Positions 24,370-37,188 of a stretch of DNA of 64,000 bases are shown here, one piece after another; within the stretch, counting starts at the first letter, position 1, and each line of letters begins with the position of its first letter. A model generated the notes under the pieces. That model was not told the DNA's origin. It saw nothing but the letters and a program-made list of their open reading frames with translations, and did not search any database. Where the stretch lies: NCBI GenBank assembly GCA_020137815.1, contig CM035353.1:5828001-5892000 (forward strand), given 5' to 3'. The position numbers were made by a program, and so were the translations under genes. The stretch is from Hormiphora californensis (Eukaryota > Animalia > Ctenophora).

Positions 24370-25461
24370 TCAGTTAATGGTATTGTAGGACCTCAGCAGG
24401 GAGCGTGTACTGCTGAGCCTTTCTTTCACATTTTGGAGGTAGCTTGATATGTCATCCTCTTCATTATCATCCAGCACCTCACTCAGTGGAACCTCATTAG
24501 AGCGTGCAACACTCTCTCCCCCATATGAGACAACTTTAATATCCCGATGTTGAACTTTAGATTCCAATATGTCCATTCGAGCTGTCAGGTTAGTCAACAT
24601 GATCCTGATCTCTCTCAACTCCTCTGAGCACCCCACACACTTCCCCACACCACTCCTCTCATTATCATCACGCTCCACTTTATCGAGCACCACAGTGATC
24701 TGATCCTCAGGTAAAACTTCAACTGTGGTTACACATGTTACAGGCTGGGGGTGATCCATCATGCCCTCCTCCACGTCGAGTGGAATGGCAAAGATATCTC
24801 TAGCATTCTCCTCGCTATAAAGCCGTTCTTCGTCGCCAAAGAAACTCTCTCCCGCAGTGGGAAAACTCTCCTGAGCAGTAGGATTAGGGACTGATTGTTT
24901 TGGTTCACAAACAGTGCTGTTCAGGGTAGGCATGATATCAAAATCTGGGAACGATGGAGTTTTCTCAATGACTTGCTGGTAGATATGCTGTATATTGTTC
25001 TCAAGAATAATTAATTGGTGATTCTCCTTGTTGGTATTTGGACATGATTTTCTTTCATTCTCCCTTGCCATTGCATTTCCTAGAACCCTTCGTTTCTTCT
25101 TCCCATACCTACCCTGGATAAGAGTAAACACTTCATTTGTTAACACTAGTTTCTGCTCTGCGTAGCCTGTTGAGAGGAACTTCGGCACTGTCAGTTTTGG
25201 TACAAACGACATATCATCCCTGAGAATCTTGTACAACGAATCTAAAAACTGTTTATCTGATTTACCGCCCAACTGAAAACCAGACGCCTGTAATTTCTTC
25301 GCAAAGTTGAGTGAATAGTCTTTGATGATAAACCGTAGCAAGGGCATGAATTCGGCGGTGTAGCCTGCGAGAAGATTGGTATAATTCACATTGTGTGGGT
25401 AGTGGACGGTTCGAAGTAGTGACTGGAGTCTTGTTCCTTGGTTCCTCAGATCACCAGACAT
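24370..25461 (-). CDS. CEP44: Centrosomal protein 44 homolog, single coding exon
   Basis: MSGDLRN...LRTVHYP...LLAG....FMPLL....KDYS...GKSDKQFLDSLYKILRD....PKLT..KFLSTGYAEQKL matches the CEP44 N-terminal domain; C-terminal coiled coil; ATG at 25461. Confidence 0.9.
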   Translation of the reverse strand: MSGDLRNQGTRLQSLLRTVHYPHNVNYTNLLAGYTAEFMPLLRFIIKDYSLNFAKKLQASGFQLGGKSDKQFLDSLYKILRDDMSFVPKLTVPKFLSTGYAEQKLVLTNEVFTLIQGRYGKKKRRVLGNAMARENERKSCPNTNKENHQLIILENNIQHIYQQVIEKTPSFPDFDIMPTLNSTVCEPKQSVPNPTAQESFPTAGESFFGDEERLYSEENARDIFAIPLDVEEGMMDHPQPVTCVTTVEVLPEDQITVVLDKVERDDNERSGVGKCVGCSEELREIRIMLTNLTARMDILESKVQHRDIKVVSYGGESVARSNEVPLSEVLDDNEEDDISSYLQNVKERLSSTRSLLRSYNTIN

Positions 25462-25725
25462 CCCTAAGAGTTTTTTATACAAATACAAATACAAATATAC
25501 ATTTATTGTCCGCTTTTCATTGTCTCAAAACGTGCCAAATTTAGTATACAGTACACAGCGTACTGACAAAACTTTTCTGATGACAAGTTTAAGCAGTAAA
25601 ATAATTGGCATATGCCACAGGCCCCGTGCGGGATAATACAGAGATTTCCAAAATTGAAATCAACAAAGTTTCACGTGAAAAAAGTTTGGCAAACCGCAAA
25701 CGTTGCTGGCCCCCAGCGCGGGATA

Positions 25726-26467
25726 GGGATCCCTAAAAAAGTTCAGTATTTACACAGAGTTTACACAGTCTTTACACAGTCATAGGGATCCCTAATAAAG
25801 TTGTGACTTGTCACCAAACATGTGGTTCCCGTGGCGGCGCGGCTTCAAAATGCGCGATTGTAACTTGTCACCGCATGGTTTACGCCGCGCCGCAGCTACG
25901 CGCAGTGGGAACCACGTGCGTTTTGGTACGCGCACACGCGGTGACAAGTCACAACCGCGCCTCCGCAAGACTACAGTGACAAGTCACAACTTTATTAGGG
26001 ATCCCTATAGGGATCCCTAATAAAGTTGTGACTTGTCACTGTAGTCTTGCGGAGGCGCGGTTGTGACTTGTCACCGCGTGTGCGCGTACCAAAACGCACG
26101 TGGTTCCCACTGTGCGTAGCTGCGGCGCGGCGTAAACCATGCGGTGACAAGTTACAATCGCGCATTTTGAAGCCGCGCCGCCACGGGAACCACATGTTTG
26201 GTGACAAGTCATAACTTTATTAGGGATCCCTATTACACCCAGAGCGCCCGCGCCGCTCTGGGTGTAAAGACTGCGTCTTTCGCACTCGATTTGCAGCGTT
26301 TTCGGAAACTTTTTTCGCCGCAGCGCTCAATTTACTCAATTGTGCAGCACACAATCCAATATTTTCTTAGAAAAAGCCGCAAAACGCAGCACGCGCCGCT
26401 CTGGGTGTAATGACTGTGTAAAGACTGTGTAAACTCTGTGTAAATACTGAACTTTTTTAGGGATCCC
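25726..26467. mobile_element. MITE with GGGATCCCTAA termini containing two nested head-to-head MITEs (25785-26005, 26010-26230) with the same termini
   Basis: Outer TIR gggatccctaaaaaagttcagtatttacac; inner TIR gggatccctaataaagttgtgacttgtcac; TA flanks; partial outer copy at 38459-38693. Confidence 0.85.
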
Positions 26468-26961
26468 AGCGCTTTTCAAGAAAAAAGTGAAACTTTGCAT
26501 TTTTTATTTGGAAGATTTTGAAAATTTTAATGTTTATGATCATCCAAATGCAGCGTTTTTAGCTATTTCTTTCGCGCGTTACAAATAAAAAGGTAAGCGC
26601 GCTTTTTAATGAACACATCGCTGCACAAACGATTTTTCAATATTATTTCGGAAATTTTCTCACGCGGTTTTTTAAACTATTTTTTTTCTCGAAAAGCATG
26701 AGCATACTCGGAAATGTTCAGGTAGTGCACAGGTCGAGAACACAGGTAGTGCACAGTCACGCGCAAATCAAAATCAGGTAAGTCACATTGATGAGCCGCG
26801 CGAGTTTGAAAAATAAATCAAAATATCTGGAATCTGTTCATTTCATCGCAGACCTTCTCCACGACCGTGTCCAGACCTTGTGCTGACCTTGTGCTCGACC
26901 TCGTGCTCGACCTCGTGCTTGATCTCGTGCTTGACCAATGACCTCTCTCTGTCTCTCTCTG

Positions 26962-26997
<36 letters not shown>

Positions 26998-27497
26998 AGA
27001 GAGAGAGAGAGAGAGAGAGTCTCTCTGTCTCTCCCTCTGTCTCTATCTGTCTCTCTCTCTCTGTCTCTCTCTCTCTCTCTCACTCTCTCTCTCTCTCTCC
27101 CTCCCTCTCTATCTTTTGTATGTCCCTGACCTCTGTTAGGCCGGTTGTCGATTGGGTTGGGTTGAGGTTTACCATATTAAATGTACCAGAACGCCCTATA
27201 CCAAGTTAGGGCCTAACATTTACCGCTTACCGATGTGAAAGCCACCCTTTCCATTTAGGATGTTTGTAAAAATGAAAAAAACAGGATAAATTAGTAAAAC
27301 TACAATCCCAGAAGCAGTTGGAGGTGTTTACTATCATGATGGAGGAGCTTGAGGATATTCACTAAAATTATAGCTTTGACTTTACTCATAACTCCAGGTA
27401 AGGTCCGCCGGCTACCTCCCCTGGCACACTCCCCTATACGGACAGGGAACGTCATTTTGAACACCAAGTTATGTCTAATTGGCTTTCTTTTCTTCCT

Positions 27498-30050
27498 TGA
27501 GTCCTCCTGTGTCGAAACAGCTGCGGAAGCAGAGCTGTGCCCAACAAGGGCGCCACCCAACTACCATTCTTTTCTTCGCTTCAATAGTTTATCTATCTCT
27601 ATTCTCTAGTCATGAATGTGCGTTTTGCATGGAGATGGAGAGATGGATATGAAGAGATAGAGAGATGGAGAGATGTAGAGATAGAGAGATAGAGAGATAG
27701 AAAGATTAAGGGATGGAGAGATAGAGAGATAGAGAGATAGAGAGATTGAGAGATTAAGGGATGGAGAGATGGAGAGAGTCCTCCCTGTGTCGAACAGCTG
27801 GGAAGCAGAGCTGTCCCAACAAGGGCGCCACCCAACTACCATTTCTTTTCTTCGCTTCAATTACGTTTATCTGTCTCTAGTCATGAATGTGCGTTTTGCA
27901 TGGAGATGGAGAGATGGATATGAAGAGATAGACAGATGGAGAGATGGAGATGGAGATGGACTATGGAGATGGAGAGATGGAGAGATGGAGAGATGGAGAG
28001 ATGTGGAGAGATGGAGAGATGGAGAGATGGAGAGATGGAGAGATGGAGAGATGTGGAGAGATGTGGAGAGATGGAGAGATGGAGAGATGGAGAGATGGAG
28101 AGATGGAGAGATGGAGAGATGGAGAGATGGAGAGATGGAGAGATGGAGAGATGGAGAGATGGAGAGATGGAGAGATGGAGAGATGGAGAGATGGAGAGAT
28201 GGAGAGATGGAGAGATGGAGAGATGGAGAGATTGAGAGATTGAGAGATTGAAAGATTAAGGGATGGAGAGATAGAGATAAAGAGATAGAGAGATTGAGAG
28301 ATTAAGGGATGGAGAGATGGAGAGATGGAGAGATGGAGAGAGTCCTCCCTGTGTCGAACAGCTGGGAAGTAGAGCTGTCCCAACAAGGGCGCCACCCAAC
28401 TACCATTTCTTTTCTTCGCTTCAAATACGTTTATCTGTCTCTAGTCATGAATGTGCGTTTTGCATGGAGATGGAGAGATGGATATGAAGAGATAGAGAGA
28501 TGGAGAGATGGAGATGGAGATGGACTATGGAGATGGAGAGATGGAGAGATGGAGAGATGTGGAGAGATGGAGAGATGGAGAGATGGAGAGATGGAGAGAT
28601 GTGGAGAGATGGAGAGATGGAGAGATGGAGAGATGGAGAGATGGAGAGATGGAGAGATGGAGAGATGGAGAGATGGAGAGATGGAGAGATGGAGAGATGG
28701 AGAGATGTGGAGAGATGGAGAGATGGAGAGATGGAGAGATGTGGAGAGATGGAGAGATGGAGAGATGGAGAGATGGAGAGATGGAGAGATGGAGAGATGG
28801 AGAGATGGAGAGATGGAGAGATGGAGAGATGGAGAGATGGAGAGATGGAGAGATGGAGAGATGGAGAGATGGAGAGATGGAGAGATGGAGAGATGGAGAG
28901 ATGGAGAGATGGAGAGATGGAGAGATGGAGAGATGGAGAGATGGAGAGATGGAGAGATGGAGAGATGGAGAGATGGAGAGATGGAGAGATGGAGAGATGG
29001 AGAGATGGAGAGATGGAGAGATGGAGAGATGGAGAGATGGAGAGATGGAGAGATGGAGAGATGGAGAGATGGAGAGATGGAGAGATGGAGAGATGGAGAG
29101 ATGGAGAGATGGAGAGATGGAGAGATGGAGAGATGGAGAGATGGAGAGATGGAGAGATGGAGAGATGGAGAGATGGAGAGATGGAGAGATGGAGAGATGG
29201 AGAGATGGAGAGATGGAGAGATGGAGAGATGGAGAGATGGAGAGATGGAGAGATGGAGAGATGGAGAGATGGAGAGATGGAGAGATGGAGAGATGGAGAG
29301 ATGGAGAGATGGAGAGATGGAGAGATGGAGAGATGGAGAGATGGAGAGATGGAGAGATGGAGAGATGGAGAGATGGAGAGATGGAGAGATGGAGAGATGG
29401 AGAGATGGAGAGATGGAGAGATGGAGAGATGGAGAGATGGAGAGATGGAGAGATGGAGAGATGGAGAGATGGAGAGATGGAGAGATGGAGAGATGGAGAG
29501 ATGGAGAGATGGAGAGATGGAGAGATGGAGAGATGGAGAGATGGAGAGATGGAGAGATGGAGAGATGGAGAGATGGAGAGATGGAGAGATGGAGAGATGG
29601 AGAGATGGAGAGATGGAGAGATGGAGAGATGGAGAGATGGAGAGATGGAGAGATGGAGAGATGGAGAGATGGAGAGATGGAGAGATGGAGAGATGGAGAG
29701 ATGGAGAGATGGAGAGATGGAGAGATGGAATATGGAGATGGAGATGGAGATGGAGATGGAGATGGAGATGGAGATGGAGATGGAGATGGAGATGGAGATG
29801 GAGATGGAGATGGAGATGGAGATGGAGATGGAGATGGAGATGGAGATGGAGATGGAGATGGAGATGGAGATGGAGATGGAGATGGAGATGGAGATGGAGA
29901 TGGAGATGGAGATGGAGATGGAGATGAAGATGGAGATGGAGATGGAGATGGAGATGGAGATGGAGATGGAGATGGAGATGGAGATGGAGATGGAGATGGA
30001 GATGGAGATGGAGATGGAGATGGAGATGGAGATGGAGATGGAGATGGAGA
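27498..30050. repeat. Three tandem ~150-bp units, each followed by a (GGAGAGAT)n tract, ending in (GGAGAT)n
   Basis: Units start at ~27498, ~27775, ~28338; the octamer array runs to ~29728 and the hexamer array to ~30050. Confidence 0.95.
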
Positions 30051-31113
30051 TTCTGGGTTTGGGAAGGGAGGGGGATGCGGAGGGGGGAGGGGTGTGGTAG
30101 TAGTGGATGTTTGTGTGGGGTGTCTGTGTGAAGGGTGAGCATGTGTGGGTCACCATGAACTGATTTGTAATCTCTAAATTAGGCGATCTAATTTAGGCCC
30201 TACCCAGTACCCCACATCAGCGGAGAAAACCTTACTCTCGTTAATTAAGCTCTCATATTTCAAGAAACTTTTCAATAAGAAACTTTTTTCTAGGAAACTT
30301 CAAGTGTAAGCAATCCAAAAACAAAAAGAATTTCTTCTATATCAAGAAACTAACAAGTTGGGGGTGTTCTATTTTGTTGTGGTGTCTCTGAATTGTGTGA
30401 TTTACATTTGAAAAGTTTCTTATAAAAAAGTTTCTCACTAAAGCGTTTCTTAAAAATCGAGAGTAAGGTATATTTAAAAAGATGATGACAGTAGATAAAT
30501 GTAGGATTTCCTAAAACCTGCTCCCAACCTCCGTACTGATATCTAATCTCTTCATTAGGCCCTACCTCTCCACGTCCCAACAACCGATAAAAAAACTAAA
30601 TAGATGTTGGATGTCCCTAAACCTGCTCCCATCCTTTGTACTGACTACTGATATATTCTCTCCTCATGCAGGGTCGAGACAGTGATATCTATTTGTTTGG
30701 AATATGACCAGATAGTATATGGGATCGCCTCATAACAAGCACAAAGCTGACAAAAAGCCCAGGACCAGTACACGATATTTAAATTAACCCTATGCGATAG
30801 AAATTGGTAAGTCTCGTTAAAGTCAGAGTAGACAGAAAAAGAATTGTACAAGCTTGATTGATGTAGTAGAGCAGAACTCTCCGAGTATTTTCACTTTTCC
30901 CGCTCTGAAAAGATACATTCCTAGCTCTATTATATTTGTTACCAGGGGGCTGGAACTCTATCTCGCTATGTTCTGTGGGCACTGGGCGTGTATGCCCGAA
31001 CAGTGAACCTGCCCCGCCGTGTGTATAATAGAGAGCAATTTCACAGCGAGGAATGTATCATTGTATCTTTTGAGAGCGGGAAAAATGGAAAATACTCGGA
31101 AAGTTATATGCTC

Positions 31114-31268
31114 TAAAGTCGGATTTTTTGAAGTTGTCACCCCCCGTTTCGTGCGCGGAATGTTTTTGTGCGTCACATCACATGTTAACGTGTGGTGTGC
31201 GCGTCAAAATTGATAAATTTCACATGCGCAGTCATTTTGGGGTGACAACTTCAAAAAATCCGACTCTA
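31114..31268. mobile_element. MITE family C
   Basis: TIR agtcggattttttgaagttgtcacccc; related copy at 47156-47311. Confidence 0.75.
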
Positions 31269-32314
31269 CTACCTCAATCAAGCTTCTCCAATTCTGCTTC
31301 TGTCCACTCTCACTTCAATGCGTACGTCAGTATTCCCCACTGACCGGCTTCCTTCATTCATAGCTGTGACATGCATAACTAGAACTGTGACGTGTGTATG
31401 TGTGTGTGTTTATAACTGTGTCAATACATTGATTGTCACTGAAAAGATAGTAATGTTGTTACTGTCCGAGTTATCTAGCTTATTCGGGTTTATAAATAAA
31501 AATATCAATATCCCCTATAACAAATGAAATTTTCATTTGTTATTGGGGATATTTCTTTGAAAAGGGAGCAAGTGTACGGGTGTGGTTGTACCATAGTTTT
31601 GTGTTAGGACTATCCACTATAACTGTTATTGTAAACTTAAATTGTAAATTGTTTTTTCCATTTCAGTAACTGAAGGAGCTGCTAGTGCAAAACTATATGT
31701 GGAGGACTACAAAATATATATATATAGAGGACTACAAGTGCAAGTGCAGTACAGTGCAAGGGGATCGCTAGTGTCTAATGAAGCCGGCTTATCAATTATT
31801 GGCGTAATGACGTGGCTGCTCTGACTTACGATGACATTGGATCTGGTATTAATAAAGATTTGACTCTACAAAGACCATAAAAAGCCATGGACTCTATATT
31901 CTAAAATACTCGAAGCTTATAAGAAGAGTCATACGACATACGGGCTGTGATTGTGGCTGTGATGAGCTGTCGAGGTGAGAGGACATGTCGATTTCATGGG
32001 TGTAAAGTAACTGTGAAAGTTGTGTTTTCTCCTTTTGGTCGGGATACGAACTGAATAGGGTTTTATTGTAGAACAACGCTACGTTCTACAATATGATATC
32101 AAAACCCGTCGAATACTCTAGTACTCATTTCATAAAGCTGGTCAGTGGTCCAGATCCGGCCGAAAGGAGAAAACACAGCTTCCTCGTTAATTATGCGGCT
32201 AATCAACAATTTTCTCTCAATAGCTGAGAAACTGATAAGTACTGATAGTTCCCATAATTTATTTGAAAAATGCGGATCTGTGTGTTATATTTATAATTAT
32301 CAATTGCCTGATAA

Positions 32315-32604
32315 GGGGAAACTCTAACTGAATGGCATCCCATTAATGGGATCCCATCAACAGTAAAACTCTAACTGATAATGGACCACAGTGATGGTTC
32401 TTTCTCTGTATTCTCTCTGTAGGCAGTACATCTATGTACTGTCTACAGAGAGAATACAGAGAAAGAACTATAGGGCATGCCCGGGCACGGGCGTGCACAC
32501 AGAGAGAATACAGAGAAAGAACCATCACTGTGGTCCATTATCAGTTAGAGTTTTACTGTTGATGGGATCCCATTAATGGGATGCCATTCAGTTAGAGTTT
32601 CCCC
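32315..32604. mobile_element. Palindromic MITE with ~105-bp TIRs
   Basis: ggggaaactctaactgaatggcatccc...gggatgccattcagttagagtttcccc. Confidence 0.8.
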
Positions 32605-32940
32605 TTACCATGCTATTCATTATCATATTTTAAATTTTGTTACCTTATTTATAAAACTAAAAGATGTTTATAATTTGACTCCCTACACTGGCGAAAAAAG
32701 GAAGATGCTACTGGTTCAAAGTTTCAAACATTGTTTGGTAATGTCATGTCATGTTTTTGTTCATCAGCAAGCTGCCGTCTGCCCTGGTAAATTGACGCCA
32801 GGGCGCGAATGTCTGTTTGTCTGTGACTTGATGGGAGAAACGGCTGACGCGGAGATCAACTCTGTGGGAATTTCGCGCGAGATTTCACGGCGCGCACGTC
32901 GTATGAAAGGTCGAGCACAAGGTCTGACCAGTCACGTGAC

Positions 32941-33150
32941 CACTACGGTGGCTGATTCACGCCAACTTTTTTCTCGATGAAAAAATATTGAAATAAAAAA
33001 TATGAAGAAAAATTTCAATGAAAAAAAATACACAAACTTTTTTGGCGTGAATCAGCCACCAGCCATGGCTGATCTCCGCCAACGTTTCACAAAAAAACAT
33101 TGGCGTGAATCAGCCACCCCATGGCTGATCCACGCCAAGTGCGCGCGCAC
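32941..33150 (+). repeat. CACTA-like terminal repeat with tggcgtgaatcagcca subrepeats; inverted copy at 38250-38456
   Basis: Begins CACTACGG; near-identical reverse complement about 5.1 kb downstream. Confidence 0.7.
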
Positions 33151-33603
33151 TCAATAATAATGTTTGCGCTGCAGGTGCGCGCGTTTTGCTGCAAAACTCA
33201 GTTTTCTTTCACAACCCACACAGGGACCATATGATGACCATAATGTCCATTTTTTTCCAACTGTTCACCCCCCAAAGTCGTGCGCGGAATTGTTTTGCGC
33301 GTTTATCACATGTTAACGTGTAGCGCGCGCAGCGTAAATTAAAATATCGCACGCGCATGAGTTGAGGGGTGAACAGTTGAATAAAAATGGACTTTATGAT
33401 GACTTGATTCACAGAGTATGAAGGTGTGTGGGTAATTTATTATAATTTATTGATCGTTTTAAACTTGATTCACACCTCACCGTGTCTAGTGGCTGCTCTG
33501 CACCGTTTCACCCCTGAGGTCCCTAGTGGGTTGTGTAGTATTTTTTCTTTCTTGATCTATATTTTTTTCTTTCGAGTTTGGACGCGAAACCGGTTCGAGT
33601 TCT

Positions 33604-34400
33604 AATGGGCGAGAACACTTTCTCTGAACATGGAAACGGGAGCCTCGTCCTGGCTATCTGCCCGGCCCCTGGAAGTATTCAACAGAGAGCTGTCCAAATC
33701 AGAGTTCACGGACGCTATGTGCCTCAGGTATGGTTTTGAGATCAACGGCCAGTTCTCTGAATGTGTATGTGGAAAACAGAACGGAGCAGACCATGCCTTG
33801 AGTTGTAGCACTGGAGGATATACCATTCTGCGACACAACGAGATAAGAGATACCCTTGCAGATATTATTACCCATGCAGGATACAAGGGTGTTGAAATCG
33901 AGAAAGTGTTACAGCCGGTTAACCCAAGGTGACTACCCCAAGAGTGTCAATACAGCACCTGATGCTCGCAGTGACGTATATGCTATTAGCTTATGGAGAA
34001 GATTACAGGGAGCCCACATAGACGTGGCAGTATTCCACCCAACAGCTCCGAGCTACAGAGATAAAGAACCCAAAGCTCTGTACAGACTCCACGAAAGCAG
34101 AAAGAAACGCGATTACCAACAGCGTATCAGAGAGGCAGAGAGAGGGGCATTCACCCCGTTTGTTATGTCCACCTCAAGAGGTGCCGGACCAGAAGCTGAG
34201 AGACTCATTAAAAAGCTGGCTACTCGCATCTCTGGTAAACACCATGACAAGTATCCAGAGACAATGAACTTCATCAGGACCAGGATCAGGTTCTGCCTGC
34301 TGAGAAGTACCCTGGTTTCTCTGAGGGGTACCAGAAAAAACTTCACAGCCCCTCCTCCCACTCCATGTGCGATTTTGTTGACTGAACTTTTAATTTTATG
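33604..34400 (+). mobile_element. 3' fragment of a CRE-like (RLE-type) non-LTR retrotransposon, frameshifted at ~33925
   Basis: GASSWL...LRYG...CVCG...DHALSC..GG..ILRHNEIRD zinc knuckle, then R-x-D...DVAVFHPTAPSY...HESRKKRDY...FTPFVMST restriction-like endonuclease motifs. Confidence 0.8.
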
Positions 34401-34860
34401 ATATTTTATATTTATTGTGTATTTATTCGTGTGATGGCGTGAATGAATTGAGATTATTGAAATAGCAATCCGACAATACCGGGTTCCGTGATGGATACGA
34501 GGGTACTCTCGACACTTCGGTGTTGTCCCTGGTCCCACTTTGCAGGTTCACTCTGTGACCGATCGTGGTGTGCGTTTATTATCTGAGACCCCGGTGTTCG
34601 AGTTCTATGATTCCGACACAACACGTCTTATTTCAGACAGAAATGATATTAATCTTTTATATATGATAATCAATCTGACGCATGTATTTTAATCAATTTA
34701 ATTTAATCTCAAGGACAGTTAAACCTTGATTTTTATCAATTCATTGTGCAGAATTACAACCCGGCACAAAATTTGTGTCACAAATAGGGGCATTATGATG
34801 ATACCGTCTCATTTTCCATGTAGCAGGTTCTTCTTCCTCTTCTTGGTGACTGTGCATGTG

Positions 34861-35490
34861 CATGTGCTAATATTCCAGTATACTGTAGCAGTACTTGCCT
34901 AATGTGTGCTGCAATGTGACACTGTACAATGTACAGTGTACAGTATATTAATACTGTATCTGTGTACTTATCATTGTAAGACTGCGGTACACTGTTGAAT
35001 TGAAAATTAGGTTCACTTAGCAACTCCTACTGTTAAAGTTTAAGAGTACATAATTTACCAATTCCCTTTTGAATTCACTAAACTCGGTTACCTTTCCAGG
35101 CATGAGTCCATTGATTACAGATTAACACATATTACTAATTGCTGAAGTACAAAGCAACAGATATGAACTGCATACTATCGGACTGTCTCTACTACTATAT
35201 TTTGAGGTGGGTCTCAAGGAGTAATAATAGCATATGCTAATATTCCAGTATACTGTAGCAGTACTTGCCTAATGTTCGCTGCAATGTGACACTGTACACT
35301 GTACAGTTTACAGTGTACACTGTACAGTGTACAGTGTATTAATACTGTATCTGTGTACTTATCATTGTAAGACTGCAGTACACTGTTGAATTGAAAATTA
35401 GGTCCATTTAGCAACTCCTACTGTTACATAATTTACCAATTCCATTTTGAATTCACTAAACTCGGTTACCTTTCCAGGCATGAGTCCATT
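34861..35490. repeat. Local direct duplication (~34861-35112 and ~35231-35490)
   Basis: gctaatattccagtatactgtagcag...ttccaggcatgagtccattg occurs twice. Confidence 0.85.
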
Positions 35491-35493
35491 GGA

Positions 35494-36355
35494 GCAATTC
35501 AGAAGGCCACTGTTTGCTGCTCCAAGAATTAAGATGGCTGTATACAGATAATATCTGGTACCTAAACACATGTTCTACATGGTATTATGTCAATAAAAGA
35601 ATTCAACCCAATATCTAGCCCTATTTTTCTCACTCCCCTTCAAGTAGAATTTCCCTTTTTCAACCAAATATCTAGCCCTATTTTTCTCACTCCCCTTCAA
35701 GTCGAATCTCCCTTTTTCAACCAAATATCTAGCCCTATTTTCTCTCTCCCCTTCAATTCAAGTAGAATCTCCCTTTTTCTCTCCTTCTCTCACAGAGAGA
35801 GGAGAACACAGAAACTATTTAATCTCGACCTATATTTCCCCTCATAATTCCTCCCTTTCTCTCTCCCTGCATGCAAGAGAGATCGCGTGATCAGCAACGC
35901 AACTGATTAATTTCCAACATCCAGTTCCTACCTCAGTAGCAATTCAGAAGGCCACTGTTTGCTGCTCCAAGAATTAAGATGGCTGTATACAGATAATATC
36001 TGGTACCTAAACACATGTTCTACATGGTATTATGTCAATAAAAGAATTCAACCCAATATCTAGCCCTATTTTTCTCACTCCCCTTCAAGTAGAATTTCCC
36101 TTTTTCAACCAAATATCTAGCCCTATTTTTCTCACTCCCCTTCAAGTCGAATCTCCCTTTTTCAACCAAATATCTAGCCCTATTTTTCTCACTCCCCTTC
36201 AAGTCGAATCTCCCTTTTTCAACCAAATATCTAGCCCTATTTTTCTCACTCCCCTTCAAGTCGAATCTCCCTTTTTCAACCAAATATCTAGCCCTATTTT
36301 TCTCACTCCCCTTCAAGTCGAATCTCCCTTTTTCAACCAAATATCTAGCCCTATT
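35494..36355. repeat. Direct duplication containing a 60-bp minisatellite (caaccaaatatctagccctatttttctcactccccttcaagtcgaatctcccttttt)
   Basis: About 2.5 units in the first copy and about 5 in the second. Confidence 0.9.
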
Positions 36356-37188
36356 AGCCTCCACCCACCCCGAACCACCCCACCCGCCACCAATATATAC
36401 ATACTTAACAAAACTGTGGACTGAGAACAAATCCTTGCTAGTTTAGCCTTCTAACCTAATTGAACCTAATCAGACAGATAGGTCTCACATATCCCGTATC
36501 AAAGATTAATTGAAAACGAAGACGAAACTGTGGTTCAAGATCAAAGTATTAACGTTCCTGGTAAAAATAACCACACAGGACTAGAACAACCCCGAGAAGA
36601 GCCCCACTCCAAATCTCCCGTTATATTGTGAACCTGCCAGATGGTAGTTCCATGCGCAGGGAGAGGGCGGGGGGACTCTTCTCCAGTGCCGGCGATATCG
36701 CTTTGCGATAGTCCCTGTGGGCTTGCCGTAGGCAAGCCCAGGCACTCAGAGTAGTAGTAGTAGTAGTATGAGTCCATTGATTACAGATTAACACATATTA
36801 CTAATTGCTGAAGTCATATCCTGATATCCTGGCCATCCCTGTCCTGAGCGTGCGTGTGGTGGAGGAACCTACCTTCCTCTTTGTGAGCCATGTTATGTGG
36901 AGAGTGTGGATCTGATTTATACCCAGCTGAATGATGTAAGTTGGTTGCAATGGTGAGACGCACCTCCAACCCTTGAGCCACCTTCGAGTGATTCGTGTCA
37001 GATGACAGGTCACCGATGTAACTTCATGTTTCTTCGTGGGGATTGGGGGGCTGCTCTCCTAGTGCTGCAGCGATATCACTTGAGATTATAGTCCCCTGTT
37101 ATGTGGGCTTGCCGTTGGCAAGCCCAGGCACTCGTAGTAGTAGTAGTAGTATGGTGACGACACCGACTAACCCCCCTCCTATTTACAG

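Noticed and set aside
27769-30156. Long ORFs (475-609 aa; MERWRDGE and SISPSLHL repeats)
   Set aside because: Translations of stop-free microsatellite, open in several frames on both strands
35587-36430. 60-bp repeat array resembling CRISPR or a repeat protein
   Set aside because: Contiguous units with no unique spacers and no cas genes; an ordinary minisatellite
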